Sequence record: OR352947.1
Length of the DNA: 64,000 nt
Reading direction: 5' to 3' (one strand)
Source of the DNA: Escherichia phage AV117
A program made the position numbers and the translations under genes. Below the pieces are notes generated by a model. The model worked only from the letters and a program-made list of their open reading frames with translations. It was not told where the DNA came from and ran no database searches. Positions within the stretch are counted from its first letter, which is position 1; the number at the start of each line of letters is the position of its first letter. Shown here one piece after another: positions 19,068 through 28,156 of the stretch.

Positions 19068-19538
19068 TTAATCATGTTTCCACACCCCATCGGTATTTGA
19101 CCAAAGTCGCTGATTATCTGATCCTCGCCACAGTTTTTTGGTCGGAAGATTTTTCTCATACTTCCCATCAATAATAACATCAACATATTTAAGCATTTCT
19201 AGTTGTTTAATATCTTCAAACTTGTACCCTGTCCACAACCAAATGCTTTTATTGGGATAAAGATTTTTTACTGTTTGAGCAATGCAATGAACAACATCTC
19301 TGTTATCAGGATAAAGAGGGTCTCCTCCAGTTATAGTTAATCCTTCTATATAATCATTATTCAAACATTCAATTAATTGCTCTAGTGTTTCACCAGTGAA
19401 TGGAATACCATTTCTAGCGTTCCATGTTGATTTATTATAACACCCTTCACATTTATGCAAACAACCTGTAACGAAAAGAACGACCCTGCATCCAGGGCCA
19501 TTCACAAAATCACAGGGATAAAATCTATCATAATTCAT
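19068..19538 (-). CDS. nrdG: anaerobic ribonucleotide reductase activating protein NrdG (radical SAM)
   Basis: 156 aa; CLHKCEGC radical-SAM cysteine triad; same length as T4 NrdG. Confidence 0.92.
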   Translation of the reverse strand: MNYDRFYPCDFVNGPGCRVVLFVTGCLHKCEGCYNKSTWNARNGIPFTGETLEQLIECLNNDYIEGLTITGGDPLYPDNRDVVHCIAQTVKNLYPNKSIWLWTGYKFEDIKQLEMLKYVDVIIDGKYEKNLPTKKLWRGSDNQRLWSNTDGVWKHD

Positions 19539-21352
19539 TGGTGTTTAACCCTATGCATGATTTCTTTATTTTTGCCGAGATTAAATCCACGTTCATTCGG
19601 ATTTCCAAGATAACCGCATGTTCTTCTTATTGTGTTCATCTTTTTAGGATCAGTTTCTCCACAAATAGAACAAACAAATCCGTTTTCGGTAGGAGTCATT
19701 TCATGGGTACTTCCACACGTAAAACATTTATCTACTGGCATATTAACACCAAAATAATCTAAATGTTGCGCAGCATAATCCCAGACAGCCTCAAGACCTT
19801 TTAGGTTATTTTTCATATCAGGAAGTTCAACATAAGAAATGTGTCCACCGGTCGCAATGAAATGATATGGGGCTTCGCGAGAAATCTTTTCAAACGGAGT
19901 AATATTTTCTTCTACTGAAACGTGGAAACTATTAGTGTACCAGCCTTTATCAGTAACATCTTTTACACTTCCATATTTTTCGATATCAAGTTTACAGAAG
20001 CGATAGCACAGGTTTTCAGCAGGTGTAGAATACAAGCTAAAAGCAAAACCGGTTCTTTCGGTCCACTGCTTAAGACGAGCATTCATTTTAGTTAAAATTT
20101 CCTTTCCAATATCACGACCGACAAGAATATTCAATTCGTGAATACCAATGTATCCTAAGGACACTGAACTTCTACCGTTTTTAAATAACTCAATTATATC
20201 GTCCTCAGGTTTAAGACGAACCCCGAATGCACCTTCTTGGTAAAGAATAGGAGCAACAGTAGCTTTAACTCCTTTTAAGGAACTAATTCTACACATCAAA
20301 GCTTCAAAACACAGATCCATTCGTTCATTAAATAGCTCAACAAATTTCTGTTCATTGAATTGTGTTCCAATATAAGAATCTAACGCAATACGAGGAAGAT
20401 TCAGTGTTACAACACCAAGATTATTACGTCCATCAAGAATTTCATTACCGGTCGAATCTTTCCATACGCTCAAGAAACTACGGCAACCCATTGGAGAAAC
20501 AGGAACAGATGAACCGGTGATAGCTTTATTATTCTTAACTGAAATAATATCAGGATACATTCTTTTGCTTGCGCATTCTAAAGCAAGCTGCTTAATATCA
20601 TAGTTCGGGTCGTCTTTATAAAGATTGACACCCTCTTCAACGAACATAACAAGTTTAGGGAAAATAGGAGTTATTCCATCACGACCAAGACCTTTGATAC
20701 GATTTTTCAGAATTGCTTTCTGAATCATTCGTTCAGTCCAGTCAGTTCCCGTGCCAAATGTAATTGTTACAAAAGGCGTTTGTCCGTTTGAACTAAAGAG
20801 AGTATTTACTTCGTATTCATACGCTTGGAATGCATCGTATACGTCTTTTTCTGTTTTAGATTGGGCATAATTCAACGCATCAGCGATTTGCCATTTTTCT
20901 GCATCCTCAATATGTTTTGCATAGGTGCGTTTAACATAAGGAGAAAGTACTTTATCTACATTAGCAAAAGTCGTTCCGCCGTACTGATGTGAAGCAACTT
21001 GTGCAGTAATTTGTGCCATAATTGCAGTAGCAACGCCGATTGATTTAGGAGTTTCAATTTGAGCATTGCCTAATTTAAATCCATTCTCAAGCATCCCCTT
21101 TAAATCGACTAAACAGCAATTAGTAAATGGAAGAGCAGGAGAATAATCAATATCATGGAAATGGATAATTCCGCTTTCATGTGCTTTCATAATAAAAGAC
21201 GGGACCATATTTTTGGCAATGTGCTTAGACACAATACCAGCCATAAGGTCCCGTTGAGTTGGAAAAACACGAGAATCTTTATTAGCATTCTCGTTCAAAA
21301 GATCTTTATTAGTTTTATGAATTAATCCTTCAATTTCTTTTTCAATTTTCAT
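19535..21352 (-). CDS. nrdD: anaerobic ribonucleoside-triphosphate reductase NrdD
   Basis: 605 aa; C-terminal glycyl-radical motif RTCGYLG and Zn ribbon CFTCGS...CSICG; uninterrupted (no intron). Confidence 0.95.
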   Translation of the reverse strand: MKIEKEIEGLIHKTNKDLLNENANKDSRVFPTQRDLMAGIVSKHIAKNMVPSFIMKAHESGIIHFHDIDYSPALPFTNCCLVDLKGMLENGFKLGNAQIETPKSIGVATAIMAQITAQVASHQYGGTTFANVDKVLSPYVKRTYAKHIEDAEKWQIADALNYAQSKTEKDVYDAFQAYEYEVNTLFSSNGQTPFVTITFGTGTDWTERMIQKAILKNRIKGLGRDGITPIFPKLVMFVEEGVNLYKDDPNYDIKQLALECASKRMYPDIISVKNNKAITGSSVPVSPMGCRSFLSVWKDSTGNEILDGRNNLGVVTLNLPRIALDSYIGTQFNEQKFVELFNERMDLCFEALMCRISSLKGVKATVAPILYQEGAFGVRLKPEDDIIELFKNGRSSVSLGYIGIHELNILVGRDIGKEILTKMNARLKQWTERTGFAFSLYSTPAENLCYRFCKLDIEKYGSVKDVTDKGWYTNSFHVSVEENITPFEKISREAPYHFIATGGHISYVELPDMKNNLKGLEAVWDYAAQHLDYFGVNMPVDKCFTCGSTHEMTPTENGFVCSICGETDPKKMNTIRRTCGYLGNPNERGFNLGKNKEIMHRVKHQ

Positions 21353-21822
21353 TTTAAACTCTTTCTAAGCTGCTTTTTGAATGAAGCTATTAATTGTGTT
21401 TTGGTATCAGATTCATTATATTCAAATCCTCTTTGAAGCATCTCAGCCATCATTTCCTCTTTACCTAGTCTTGAGAACTCTTTAGTTTTGTCTGGAACAA
21501 AATTAGGATGGATATTATTATCAGAATAATCTTGTTTCAAATAAGCAAGAAGAGCTTCAAGCCATTCGAGGTAGTCGACATCACGTCCTTTAAGACCGGA
21601 ACGGTTGAACTTATGCTTCATTTGACCTTCTGCTGCGTTGCACAGATTACAGAGTAACCCACGAACTCTACCGGCTTGTGGCCCGTTTAATTCGTGGTCG
21701 TGGTCAAGGTGGTTACCTTGAACATCAGGGTCTAATTCACGGTGGCAAATAGGACACTTACCGTTCTGTGCATCATAAAATTTTTGTTTTTCTTCTTTAT
21801 ATTTTGCGCCTGATAATAACAT
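21349..21822 (-). CDS. 49: endonuclease VII (Holliday junction resolvase) gp49
   Basis: 157 aa; CPICHREL...HLDHDHELNG...CNLCNAAEG; near-identical to T4 gp49 over the C-terminal half. Confidence 0.95.
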   Translation of the reverse strand: MLLSGAKYKEEKQKFYDAQNGKCPICHRELDPDVQGNHLDHDHELNGPQAGRVRGLLCNLCNAAEGQMKHKFNRSGLKGRDVDYLEWLEALLAYLKQDYSDNNIHPNFVPDKTKEFSRLGKEEMMAEMLQRGFEYNESDTKTQLIASFKKQLRKSLK

Positions 21823-21861
21823 GATAAACCCTTACCTTAAATAGATAAGGGTATTTATAAT

Positions 21862-22041
21862 TTAGTAAACGTTATAAAAGTCTCGATGAAAACGTTTATA
21901 TTGGCGAATCATTCTTTTAGTAGGACGTGTTACCGAAATGATTGAAGTCCTCATGTTCGGATTGTTTGGAGCACCAATTATAACAAATTTCCAAGATTTT
22001 TGACCGTTTGTTCTTTCGCCAAAAAATAATGCAGTTTTCAT
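21862..22041 (-). CDS. hypothetical small basic protein (paralog of 22466..22663)
   Basis: 59 aa MKTALFFGERTNGQKSWKFVIIGAPNNPNMRTSIISVTRPTKRMIRQYKRFHRDFYNVY; shares VxRPTKR...KR.HR.FY tail with 22466..22663. Confidence 0.45.
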   Translation of the reverse strand: MKTALFFGERTNGQKSWKFVIIGAPNNPNMRTSIISVTRPTKRMIRQYKRFHRDFYNVY

Positions 22042-22050
22042 AATAAGCCC

Positions 22051-22464
22051 TTAACTTAAACGTCTTTCTAAATATTCAATGTATTCCGCTGCGGCTTGCA
22101 TCAGATTACCTTCATAACCGTCATTATTTTCTTGGGCGGCTAATTTAGCTAAAGCATAAGAAATACGTTCACCTTCGAATTCGCCAAGTCCACCATCACA
22201 AACTACTTGGTCAATTTCTTCGAGTTCATCTATTGAATGGGATTCCCAGAAGCACCAAAGAGAAGTATCACGGTCATAGATGCAAAGTTTCTCACCTGTG
22301 TTCAACATCACTTCGATAATGCCATGGTCGCCATAACCATCTTCGGCAGTAGTACCAATTACCTTGATGATCGTATCTTTCTTTAATTCGGGAAACTTAT
22401 CTTGGAGTTCTTCGTCTTCTTTAACAATCTTGAACCATTTACCGCGAGTTTCAGAAATATTCAT
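22051..22464 (-). CDS. hypothetical acidic protein
   Basis: 137 aa ORF flanked by two paralogous small basic ORFs. Confidence 0.55.
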   Translation of the reverse strand: MNISETRGKWFKIVKEDEELQDKFPELKKDTIIKVIGTTAEDGYGDHGIIEVMLNTGEKLCIYDRDTSLWCFWESHSIDELEEIDQVVCDGGLGEFEGERISYALAKLAAQENNDGYEGNLMQAAAEYIEYLERRLS

Positions 22465-22465
22465 A

Positions 22466-22663
22466 TCAATATTCTCTATAAAAGTTACGATGAGAACGTT
22501 TAGCTTTGCGAAGCTGACGTTTAGTAGGACGAACTGTAAATGGTTGTCCAGAGAAAAAATTTGGTTCAGTTTTAATCAACACATACCAATCGTGTTCGCC
22601 GCTTTTTAATAAACGATATAACAATTTAACTTGCATAATAATCTCTTCCAATTTCCAAATCAA
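22466..22663 (-). CDS. hypothetical small basic protein (paralog of 21862..22041)
   Basis: 65 aa; C-terminal FTVRPTKRQLRKAKRSHRNFYREY. Confidence 0.5.
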   Translation of the reverse strand: MIWKLEEIIMQVKLLYRLLKSGEHDWYVLIKTEPNFFSGQPFTVRPTKRQLRKAKRSHRNFYREY

Positions 22664-22764
22664 TCATATCGTTTACTGTAGGTTCATCATAACACGTTTC
22701 TTCGTCGTTGTAAACTGTTTCGACGTCTGGCTCGACAGTTTCCCATCGAGCCGAATACCATGGT

Positions 22765-23121
22765 TTAACCCCGGAGTTTATTGAGCTCTTCATAATCAAT
22801 CCAGGATTCTAGCCCTGACGGCAGGTCACATTCAATGTTCCACAGAAGCTCTTCAACGGCTTGCAGGCGATTATATTCTTCAACGGTAATGGTAACCATT
22901 GGTGCAACCGGTTCCGCCTTTTTAACCATCATATCGTTCATCAGGACGTAAAGGTCATCACGAACGACGGTGTCGTTCCAACCCCATGATTTGGCTTCGT
23001 AAGCTAATGATGAAGGGAGCACATTTAAAACTTCAATAATAGTTGGAGCATCAGGACCAAGTTCATTGGCACAAACTTCGTATACATCTTGGAAATCTTT
23101 AAGATTTAATGAATATGTCAT
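22765..23121 (-). CDS. hypothetical protein
   Basis: 118 aa ORF; stop overlaps nrdC start region. Confidence 0.5.
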   Translation of the reverse strand: MTYSLNLKDFQDVYEVCANELGPDAPTIIEVLNVLPSSLAYEAKSWGWNDTVVRDDLYVLMNDMMVKKAEPVAPMVTITVEEYNRLQAVEELLWNIECDLPSGLESWIDYEELNKLRG

Positions 23122-23396
23122 TTAAAATATTCTCGCAGTTGGTCAAATCCACCAATATGACTTCCATCAGGAGCAAACACTTGAGGCATAGTCAATCCGA
23201 CTTGTGATTCACGTCCAAGCTTAACCAGAAGCTCAGCAATTTTCTCATCATCAAAAACACCTTTTTCTGGCATAACATTAATGAATTCGAATGGCTGTTT
23301 CTTAACAGTCAGCAATCGTTTCGCATTATCACAATAAATGCATTTATGAATAGTAGAGTCATACCCGTACACTTTAAACATTATTTTTCCTTTCAT
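23118..23396 (-). CDS. nrdC: thioredoxin/glutaredoxin NrdC
   Basis: CIYC active site; MFKVYGYDS...HKCIYCDNAKRLLTVKKQPFEFIN matches T4 thioredoxin closely. Confidence 0.92.
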   Translation of the reverse strand: MKGKIMFKVYGYDSTIHKCIYCDNAKRLLTVKKQPFEFINVMPEKGVFDDEKIAELLVKLGRESQVGLTMPQVFAPDGSHIGGFDQLREYFK

Positions 23397-23787
23397 CGAT
23401 TAAATATGTAATGCCAAATACAATACATGTAATAAAACCTGTGATACAGATAGAAACCAACAACACTGTACCAAAGAACCAAATCAAGTTATCTTTAGTA
23501 GTTTGTTTGATATCCATCTCACGAATTTCTATAGCTATCGTATCACCTTTATTCAGAAGCGTATAAAACGACGGTGATACATGCCTGTCAAAAACACGGC
23601 CTTGTTCATCTTTATAAACTGCAATAAATTCCAATTTAGAATATTTTCCTGTAGATTGGCCTGAGATTAATTCCACTACCTCCACAGGAATTACTTTAGT
23701 TTCCATGTAAGTATTCTGGCTGTTCCAAATGAATGGAATAATAGCAAAAACTAAAGCTGCGATAAAACAACGAAGGCTATATCTCAT
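23374..23787 (-). CDS. hypothetical membrane protein
   Basis: 137 aa; N-terminal and C-terminal hydrophobic segments. Confidence 0.5.
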   Translation of the reverse strand: MRYSLRCFIAALVFAIIPFIWNSQNTYMETKVIPVEVVELISGQSTGKYSKLEFIAVYKDEQGRVFDRHVSPSFYTLLNKGDTIAIEIREMDIKQTTKDNLIWFFGTVLLVSICITGFITCIVFGITYLIDERKNNV

Positions 23788-24092
23788 TATAATGTTCTCT
23801 CAAATTTGTGGAAGCATTTACGGCATTTCAATTTCAAGTTATCAGTGGTCCAGTTAACCAGTTGGACTTGGATAGTTCCACATTCCGGGCACGGATGTTT
23901 TGCTGCCGTTTTGGCAGCATTTTCACGTCGTTCAACCATTTTCATTATTTCGTTCCATGCCGGAGGAACGAACTCTCCTTCACCGTGGATTTTATCTCGC
24001 TGAACAAATTCAATCTTTGAACTATCGTCAATAAACTTAACCAAGCCGTGATTAGTGCTCATATCAATATCCTCTAAAAGACGTAGTTTCAT
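23787..24092 (-). CDS. hypothetical zinc-ribbon protein
   Basis: 101 aa; CPECG...CRKC four-Cys motif. Confidence 0.5.
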   Translation of the reverse strand: MKLRLLEDIDMSTNHGLVKFIDDSSKIEFVQRDKIHGEGEFVPPAWNEIMKMVERRENAAKTAAKHPCPECGTIQVQLVNWTTDNLKLKCRKCFHKFERTL

Positions 24093-25036
24093 TATAAAAC
24101 CTCAATGGCATTTCGTAAACCATCAGCTTTTGCATTCAGAGCTTTTAATGATTTAGTTTGTTCTGCAATCTGGGCTTCGACTTCTTTCAGGCGAGATTTG
24201 AGATATTCGCGTTCTTCTCTTAAGTTATCAACTTTTTCTGCTTTAGGCTCTTTAATAGGCTTATACTCGTTAGGGTTCTTCAACTTAATTTGAATGCGAG
24301 AACTGTATAACATTGAACCATTATCTTCGGTTTCATCATACATTTCTACCACGTCCATGATTCTTAACATCATGCGAAGTTTATAAGACAGCGAACGAAT
24401 GGTTTTGTTGTGCTTATTAATTTCTTCGGCTTTCATGGTACCGAGATTACGTGAGTAGTAATAAGGAACCTGGATATCAATTGATAATGATGCGGTACCA
24501 TTACCTGTTGGTTTGAACACTGCAGTAACCCAATCTTTAGCATGAACTGTATTTGTACGATCATCGCCACCTGTGAATAATTTACGTGAATGTTTAAAAA
24601 GCATATTCACTTGGTTATTGAATTCACAAGCAAATTTATCAGCAAATTTAGTTTCAGGAATGGTAGTTAACCAATCAGCCAAATGAGTCTTTTTAACATC
24701 ATTAACAATAGTGAATTCAACCAAATCGGTTTTAGATGTCACAGATTTAATAAAGCTCGGCTTCATAAAGTTTTTAATGTTATCGCGAGCTACAGTAGAA
24801 GATAATAAACGAGAACGTTTGAACCATTGAAGCAGTGTCCCTAATGAATGAGAATACGCATTCTGAGTATCTTTACAGATATGATTTTCTTGGCCTGTGT
24901 ATGTACCAAAATCGCGAAGAATACCACTTACTACATCTCGGTGTGGAACATCAAATCCTAGTGCACCAGTAGCGCGCTGAGCATGAACGTTAGCGATAAG
25001 ACCTGCAAAATAATCAATGTAATGTGAACGTGTCAT
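24092..25036 (-). CDS. hypothetical protein with C-terminal coiled coil (paralog family member 1)
   Basis: 314 aa; C-terminal heptad-rich tail; own upstream early promoter. Confidence 0.55.
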   Translation of the reverse strand: MTRSHYIDYFAGLIANVHAQRATGALGFDVPHRDVVSGILRDFGTYTGQENHICKDTQNAYSHSLGTLLQWFKRSRLLSSTVARDNIKNFMKPSFIKSVTSKTDLVEFTIVNDVKKTHLADWLTTIPETKFADKFACEFNNQVNMLFKHSRKLFTGGDDRTNTVHAKDWVTAVFKPTGNGTASLSIDIQVPYYYSRNLGTMKAEEINKHNKTIRSLSYKLRMMLRIMDVVEMYDETEDNGSMLYSSRIQIKLKNPNEYKPIKEPKAEKVDNLREEREYLKSRLKEVEAQIAEQTKSLKALNAKADGLRNAIEVL

Positions 25037-25064
25037 AATATTTTCCTCTCGTTAAGATAGAAAG

Positions 25065-25094
25065 ATTATACTCCAACCATCCTTGGTTGTAAAC
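25065..25094 (-). promoter_or_regulatory. early-type promoter
   Basis: minus-strand GTTTAC-N18-TATAAT with embedded CAACCA/TGGTTG inverted repeat. Confidence 0.5.
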
Positions 25095-25098
25095 TGAT

Positions 25099-26031
25099 TT
25101 ATGATTTTAATGCATTCATTGCGTTAAAAAGTTTAGAGTACTGCAACTGGAGCTTGGTAACTACTTGTTGAGCATCACGAAGCTTAGCTTGTGCTTTGTC
25201 AAGTTCAACAGACAGTTGGTCCGCAGTGGCTTTGATTTGATTATAATAGTAATCTTCGGCAGGAAGAAGACCGTTAGAGATTTCCAGTTTAGTCGACGGT
25301 GTGCCATTAAACATAACAGGTTGTGCTGAAGCCGCATTAATCTTACCGATAGTCGGGGCGACAATAATTGACGCTTCGAACGTTGCATTTTCCTTTTTAA
25401 GATTTTTATAATATTCAGAGTCTTTGTGCCACCATGGCGCAGGAACCTTTTTACCAATAGATACACGAGCCTGGATAGCGATATGGCCCTTATTCTTGAT
25501 AACGTCGATAATATTAAGCTCACGAGAATAAATTGCTTTAATCTGGTAAATATTATCACCTAACACTTCCAACGCTTGGTGGAATACACGAGCAACGTTA
25601 TCATTCTTAGGTTTATACGTAAGAGTGAACTCGTTCTCACTGATAACCATGATTTCTAACTTATCGTAAGTATATTTCAAATGTTTCATGTTAATTGCTT
25701 GAGGACGAATACGAGAAGCAATGGCCATCAGATTGTTAAGGTTATTTCTGAACTGTTTAGCAAAATATTGTCCTTCACCGCCAATACAAAAATTACGAAG
25801 TTTCTGTTTGGCTAATAAACGACTGAACTCGCCATTTTTAATGAACTCTTTAACTGGTGTGTTAGTAACGCATTCAAATTGAGTAAACTTACGAGAAGTA
25901 ATCCCATAATATGAACAGATTTCCTCAATCTCTTCAGGAGTCTTTACAGGCATACGGATAGGATTAGGTCCTGGGGTATATGCGTTCGAGGTAAATTCTT
26001 TGATAAGTTCTCTACGTGTAATAAAAGCCAT
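25099..26031 (-). CDS. hypothetical protein with C-terminal coiled coil (paralog family member 2)
   Basis: 310 aa; NNLMAIASRIR block resembles FMAVSARLQ of 26087..27082. Confidence 0.55.
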   Translation of the reverse strand: MAFITRRELIKEFTSNAYTPGPNPIRMPVKTPEEIEEICSYYGITSRKFTQFECVTNTPVKEFIKNGEFSRLLAKQKLRNFCIGGEGQYFAKQFRNNLNNLMAIASRIRPQAINMKHLKYTYDKLEIMVISENEFTLTYKPKNDNVARVFHQALEVLGDNIYQIKAIYSRELNIIDVIKNKGHIAIQARVSIGKKVPAPWWHKDSEYYKNLKKENATFEASIIVAPTIGKINAASAQPVMFNGTPSTKLEISNGLLPAEDYYYNQIKATADQLSVELDKAQAKLRDAQQVVTKLQLQYSKLFNAMNALKS

Positions 26032-26057
26032 TTTATATTCCTCATGTTGAAAAATTT

Positions 26058-26087
26058 ATTATACTCCAACCATCCCTGGTTGTACAT
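26058..26087 (-). promoter_or_regulatory. early-type promoter (variant -35)
   Basis: near-copy of the 25065 cassette (ttatactccaaccatccctggttgtaca). Confidence 0.45.
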
Positions 26088-27082
26088 CATTCCTTAAGAA
26101 GTTTTACTACTTGAATAAGATTAGCTCGTTCCGTTTTATTTTTACCATTTAAGCCTGCTAATCGTGAGATTTCATCATCAGTCTGTTGAATAGTTACATT
26201 AAGTTCGTTAATCAAAGCTTCAAAGTATTTGATTTGCTCAGCATGTTTTGATTCAAATTTCTGAACCGGAATAACGTCTTGGTTCAGTTCATCAATAAGG
26301 TCTTTAAGAGCATCTTCTTGGTTGATATCATATTCAACTTCTTTTATTTCTTCAACGAGCTCGTCTTTATATCTAACGTCTTTTAGTCCTGGTGCTGGTC
26401 CTGAAATCTCTTCTTTAAGAGTACAAACATATCCAATACGGTATCCAATGCCGTCTCGCTTGATATCAACTTCGTCAATAAATCCACAATGTTTAAGACC
26501 AGAGCCGATTAGGTCAAAATATCCTTGACGTCGTCCTTCAAACGTTACACGAACTACTAAGACAGTTTTACCTGCAACCTTTTGAAGCTCACATTTATAA
26601 AAGTTTGTTGAACCTGAATACCGTGGATGAGTTTTAAAGTTCATCTGACGATCTAGGCCCATTTGTAAGCGTGCTGATACGGCCATAAAACGTGTTTGGT
26701 TCTCGTTAAGATGAGCAACAATCCATTTCAAAGGCATTTTACACTGTTCACGACCGAACAAATCAGTACGTCCTAGATTACGCAGAATGTTGTTAGAGTT
26801 AATCATCGACAGAACGTTAAGTTTATTCAGCGCGCTGAAGATTCCATCAGCCATTGATTTTCCGTAACCTTTACACGCTTTAATAAGCGCTCGCGGTAGA
26901 TTAGTATAAATTTCAGACGGCATATGAAAATCAAATTTACTAGTCAGTAATTGATGAACTTGGATAGCAATTTGCTCATAATTAAGTGCTCTGCGATCAT
27001 TATGGTCTTTAAACCACACTTTAATCTGTGAAGCACATAAACCGTTAATTTCATGTTTTACCGCATCAGATGTAATGCTCAT
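26087..27082 (-). CDS. hypothetical protein with C-terminal coiled coil (paralog family member 3)
   Basis: 331 aa; C-terminal heptad-rich tail. Confidence 0.55.
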   Translation of the reverse strand: MSITSDAVKHEINGLCASQIKVWFKDHNDRRALNYEQIAIQVHQLLTSKFDFHMPSEIYTNLPRALIKACKGYGKSMADGIFSALNKLNVLSMINSNNILRNLGRTDLFGREQCKMPLKWIVAHLNENQTRFMAVSARLQMGLDRQMNFKTHPRYSGSTNFYKCELQKVAGKTVLVVRVTFEGRRQGYFDLIGSGLKHCGFIDEVDIKRDGIGYRIGYVCTLKEEISGPAPGLKDVRYKDELVEEIKEVEYDINQEDALKDLIDELNQDVIPVQKFESKHAEQIKYFEALINELNVTIQQTDDEISRLAGLNGKNKTERANLIQVVKLLKE

Positions 27083-27144
27083 AACTATTTCCTCAGATTG
27101 AATTGGAACTCAAAACCATTATAACCCGTCCTTGGGTAAAGCGT

Positions 27145-27672
27145 TTATGCGTGAACCGTCTTTAAACGTTCTTCAAATTTCCGAAGAGTACTAATACGTT
27201 CTGCTTTCTGTTTTGTATAGTTTGCAATACGTTCTGAAGTGAGAGCGTATCGTTCATTTACTGTTTCTTTCATGAAGTCAGGGATTTCACGAGAAGCTTT
27301 AATTTCATCAAACTTATCGAGTACTGCCTGGTCTTCAGCGATTAAATTTTCGTACATCTCGATATCTTTCTTGATAAACTCGATATCTTCCTGGGTTACT
27401 TTGGATAAACGAGATGCTTTATCCTTTTTGTACTGCTCGTTAGTTTCACGAGACCAGAATAATGTACGTTTTTTGTTAGTGTTTTTGTAGACTTCCACAA
27501 TTCCAACTGAATCGATGATAGCAATCCAATTCCAGCGAGATTTGAAAATCTGACCTCCGTCTACGGTAATCTCGTTACCATAAGCAACGTCATTAAAGAA
27601 CTTGCTTTGTGCTTCAGATTTAAATTTACCGTCGTTATAATTTACCAGGTTGAAAATATCTTTAGCGTTCAT
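27145..27672 (-). CDS. hypothetical protein
   Basis: 175 aa ORF with helical C-terminus. Confidence 0.5.
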   Translation of the reverse strand: MNAKDIFNLVNYNDGKFKSEAQSKFFNDVAYGNEITVDGGQIFKSRWNWIAIIDSVGIVEVYKNTNKKRTLFWSRETNEQYKKDKASRLSKVTQEDIEFIKKDIEMYENLIAEDQAVLDKFDEIKASREIPDFMKETVNERYALTSERIANYTKQKAERISTLRKFEERLKTVHA

Positions 27673-27699
27673 GTTTTACCTCCAGTAGTTGATAGGTCT

Positions 27700-27728
27700 A
27701 TAATAACATAACCATAGACCTTGTAAAC
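27700..27728 (-). promoter_or_regulatory. early-type promoter
   Basis: minus-strand GTTTAC-N17-TATTAT; AGGTCTAT/ATAGACCT inverted repeat spans the -10. Confidence 0.55.
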
Positions 27729-27730
27729 AA

Positions 27731-28018
27731 CTAAAAGAAACTTTTTTCGGTATTTTTTCCACTGAACCAAACCGATTTCGGAATTTTCTGTAATTTTTCA
27801 GATTTAAGTTTCTCTTCCTGTTCTTTCTTATATGCATCCTTGTCGTACTGGAACAACTCTAGGGCATTCTTTTGCAAACGATCTAAGGTAATTAAGGCTT
27901 TAGTTTTTCCTTTCAAGGAAGAGTCCTGGCGAACCTCCTCGCTGTATTGCATCGTAGAACTAACCATACGATGAGCATACAGTTCGACTGCGGCTTTAAT
28001 TTTTTGCATAAAATCCAT
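27731..28018 (-). CDS. hypothetical protein
   Basis: 95 aa ORF. Confidence 0.45.
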   Translation of the reverse strand: MDFMQKIKAAVELYAHRMVSSTMQYSEEVRQDSSLKGKTKALITLDRLQKNALELFQYDKDAYKKEQEEKLKSEKLQKIPKSVWFSGKNTEKSFF

Positions 28019-28156
28019 AACATATCCTCTTTGATTTGTATACCATTATTTTTAAATATTTCTATGCCCTCAGTAGGTTCCTGGTGTCCTTCTTTGAGGT
28101 AAGCCATATGATTATTCATCTTTATGGCTTTTGTTACCTCAGAACTTCCTATAAGC

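Noticed and set aside
25161-25559. 132-codon alternative-frame minus-strand ORF
   Set aside because: Nested inside 25099..26031 in another frame; basic low-complexity translation; the longer frame is retained.
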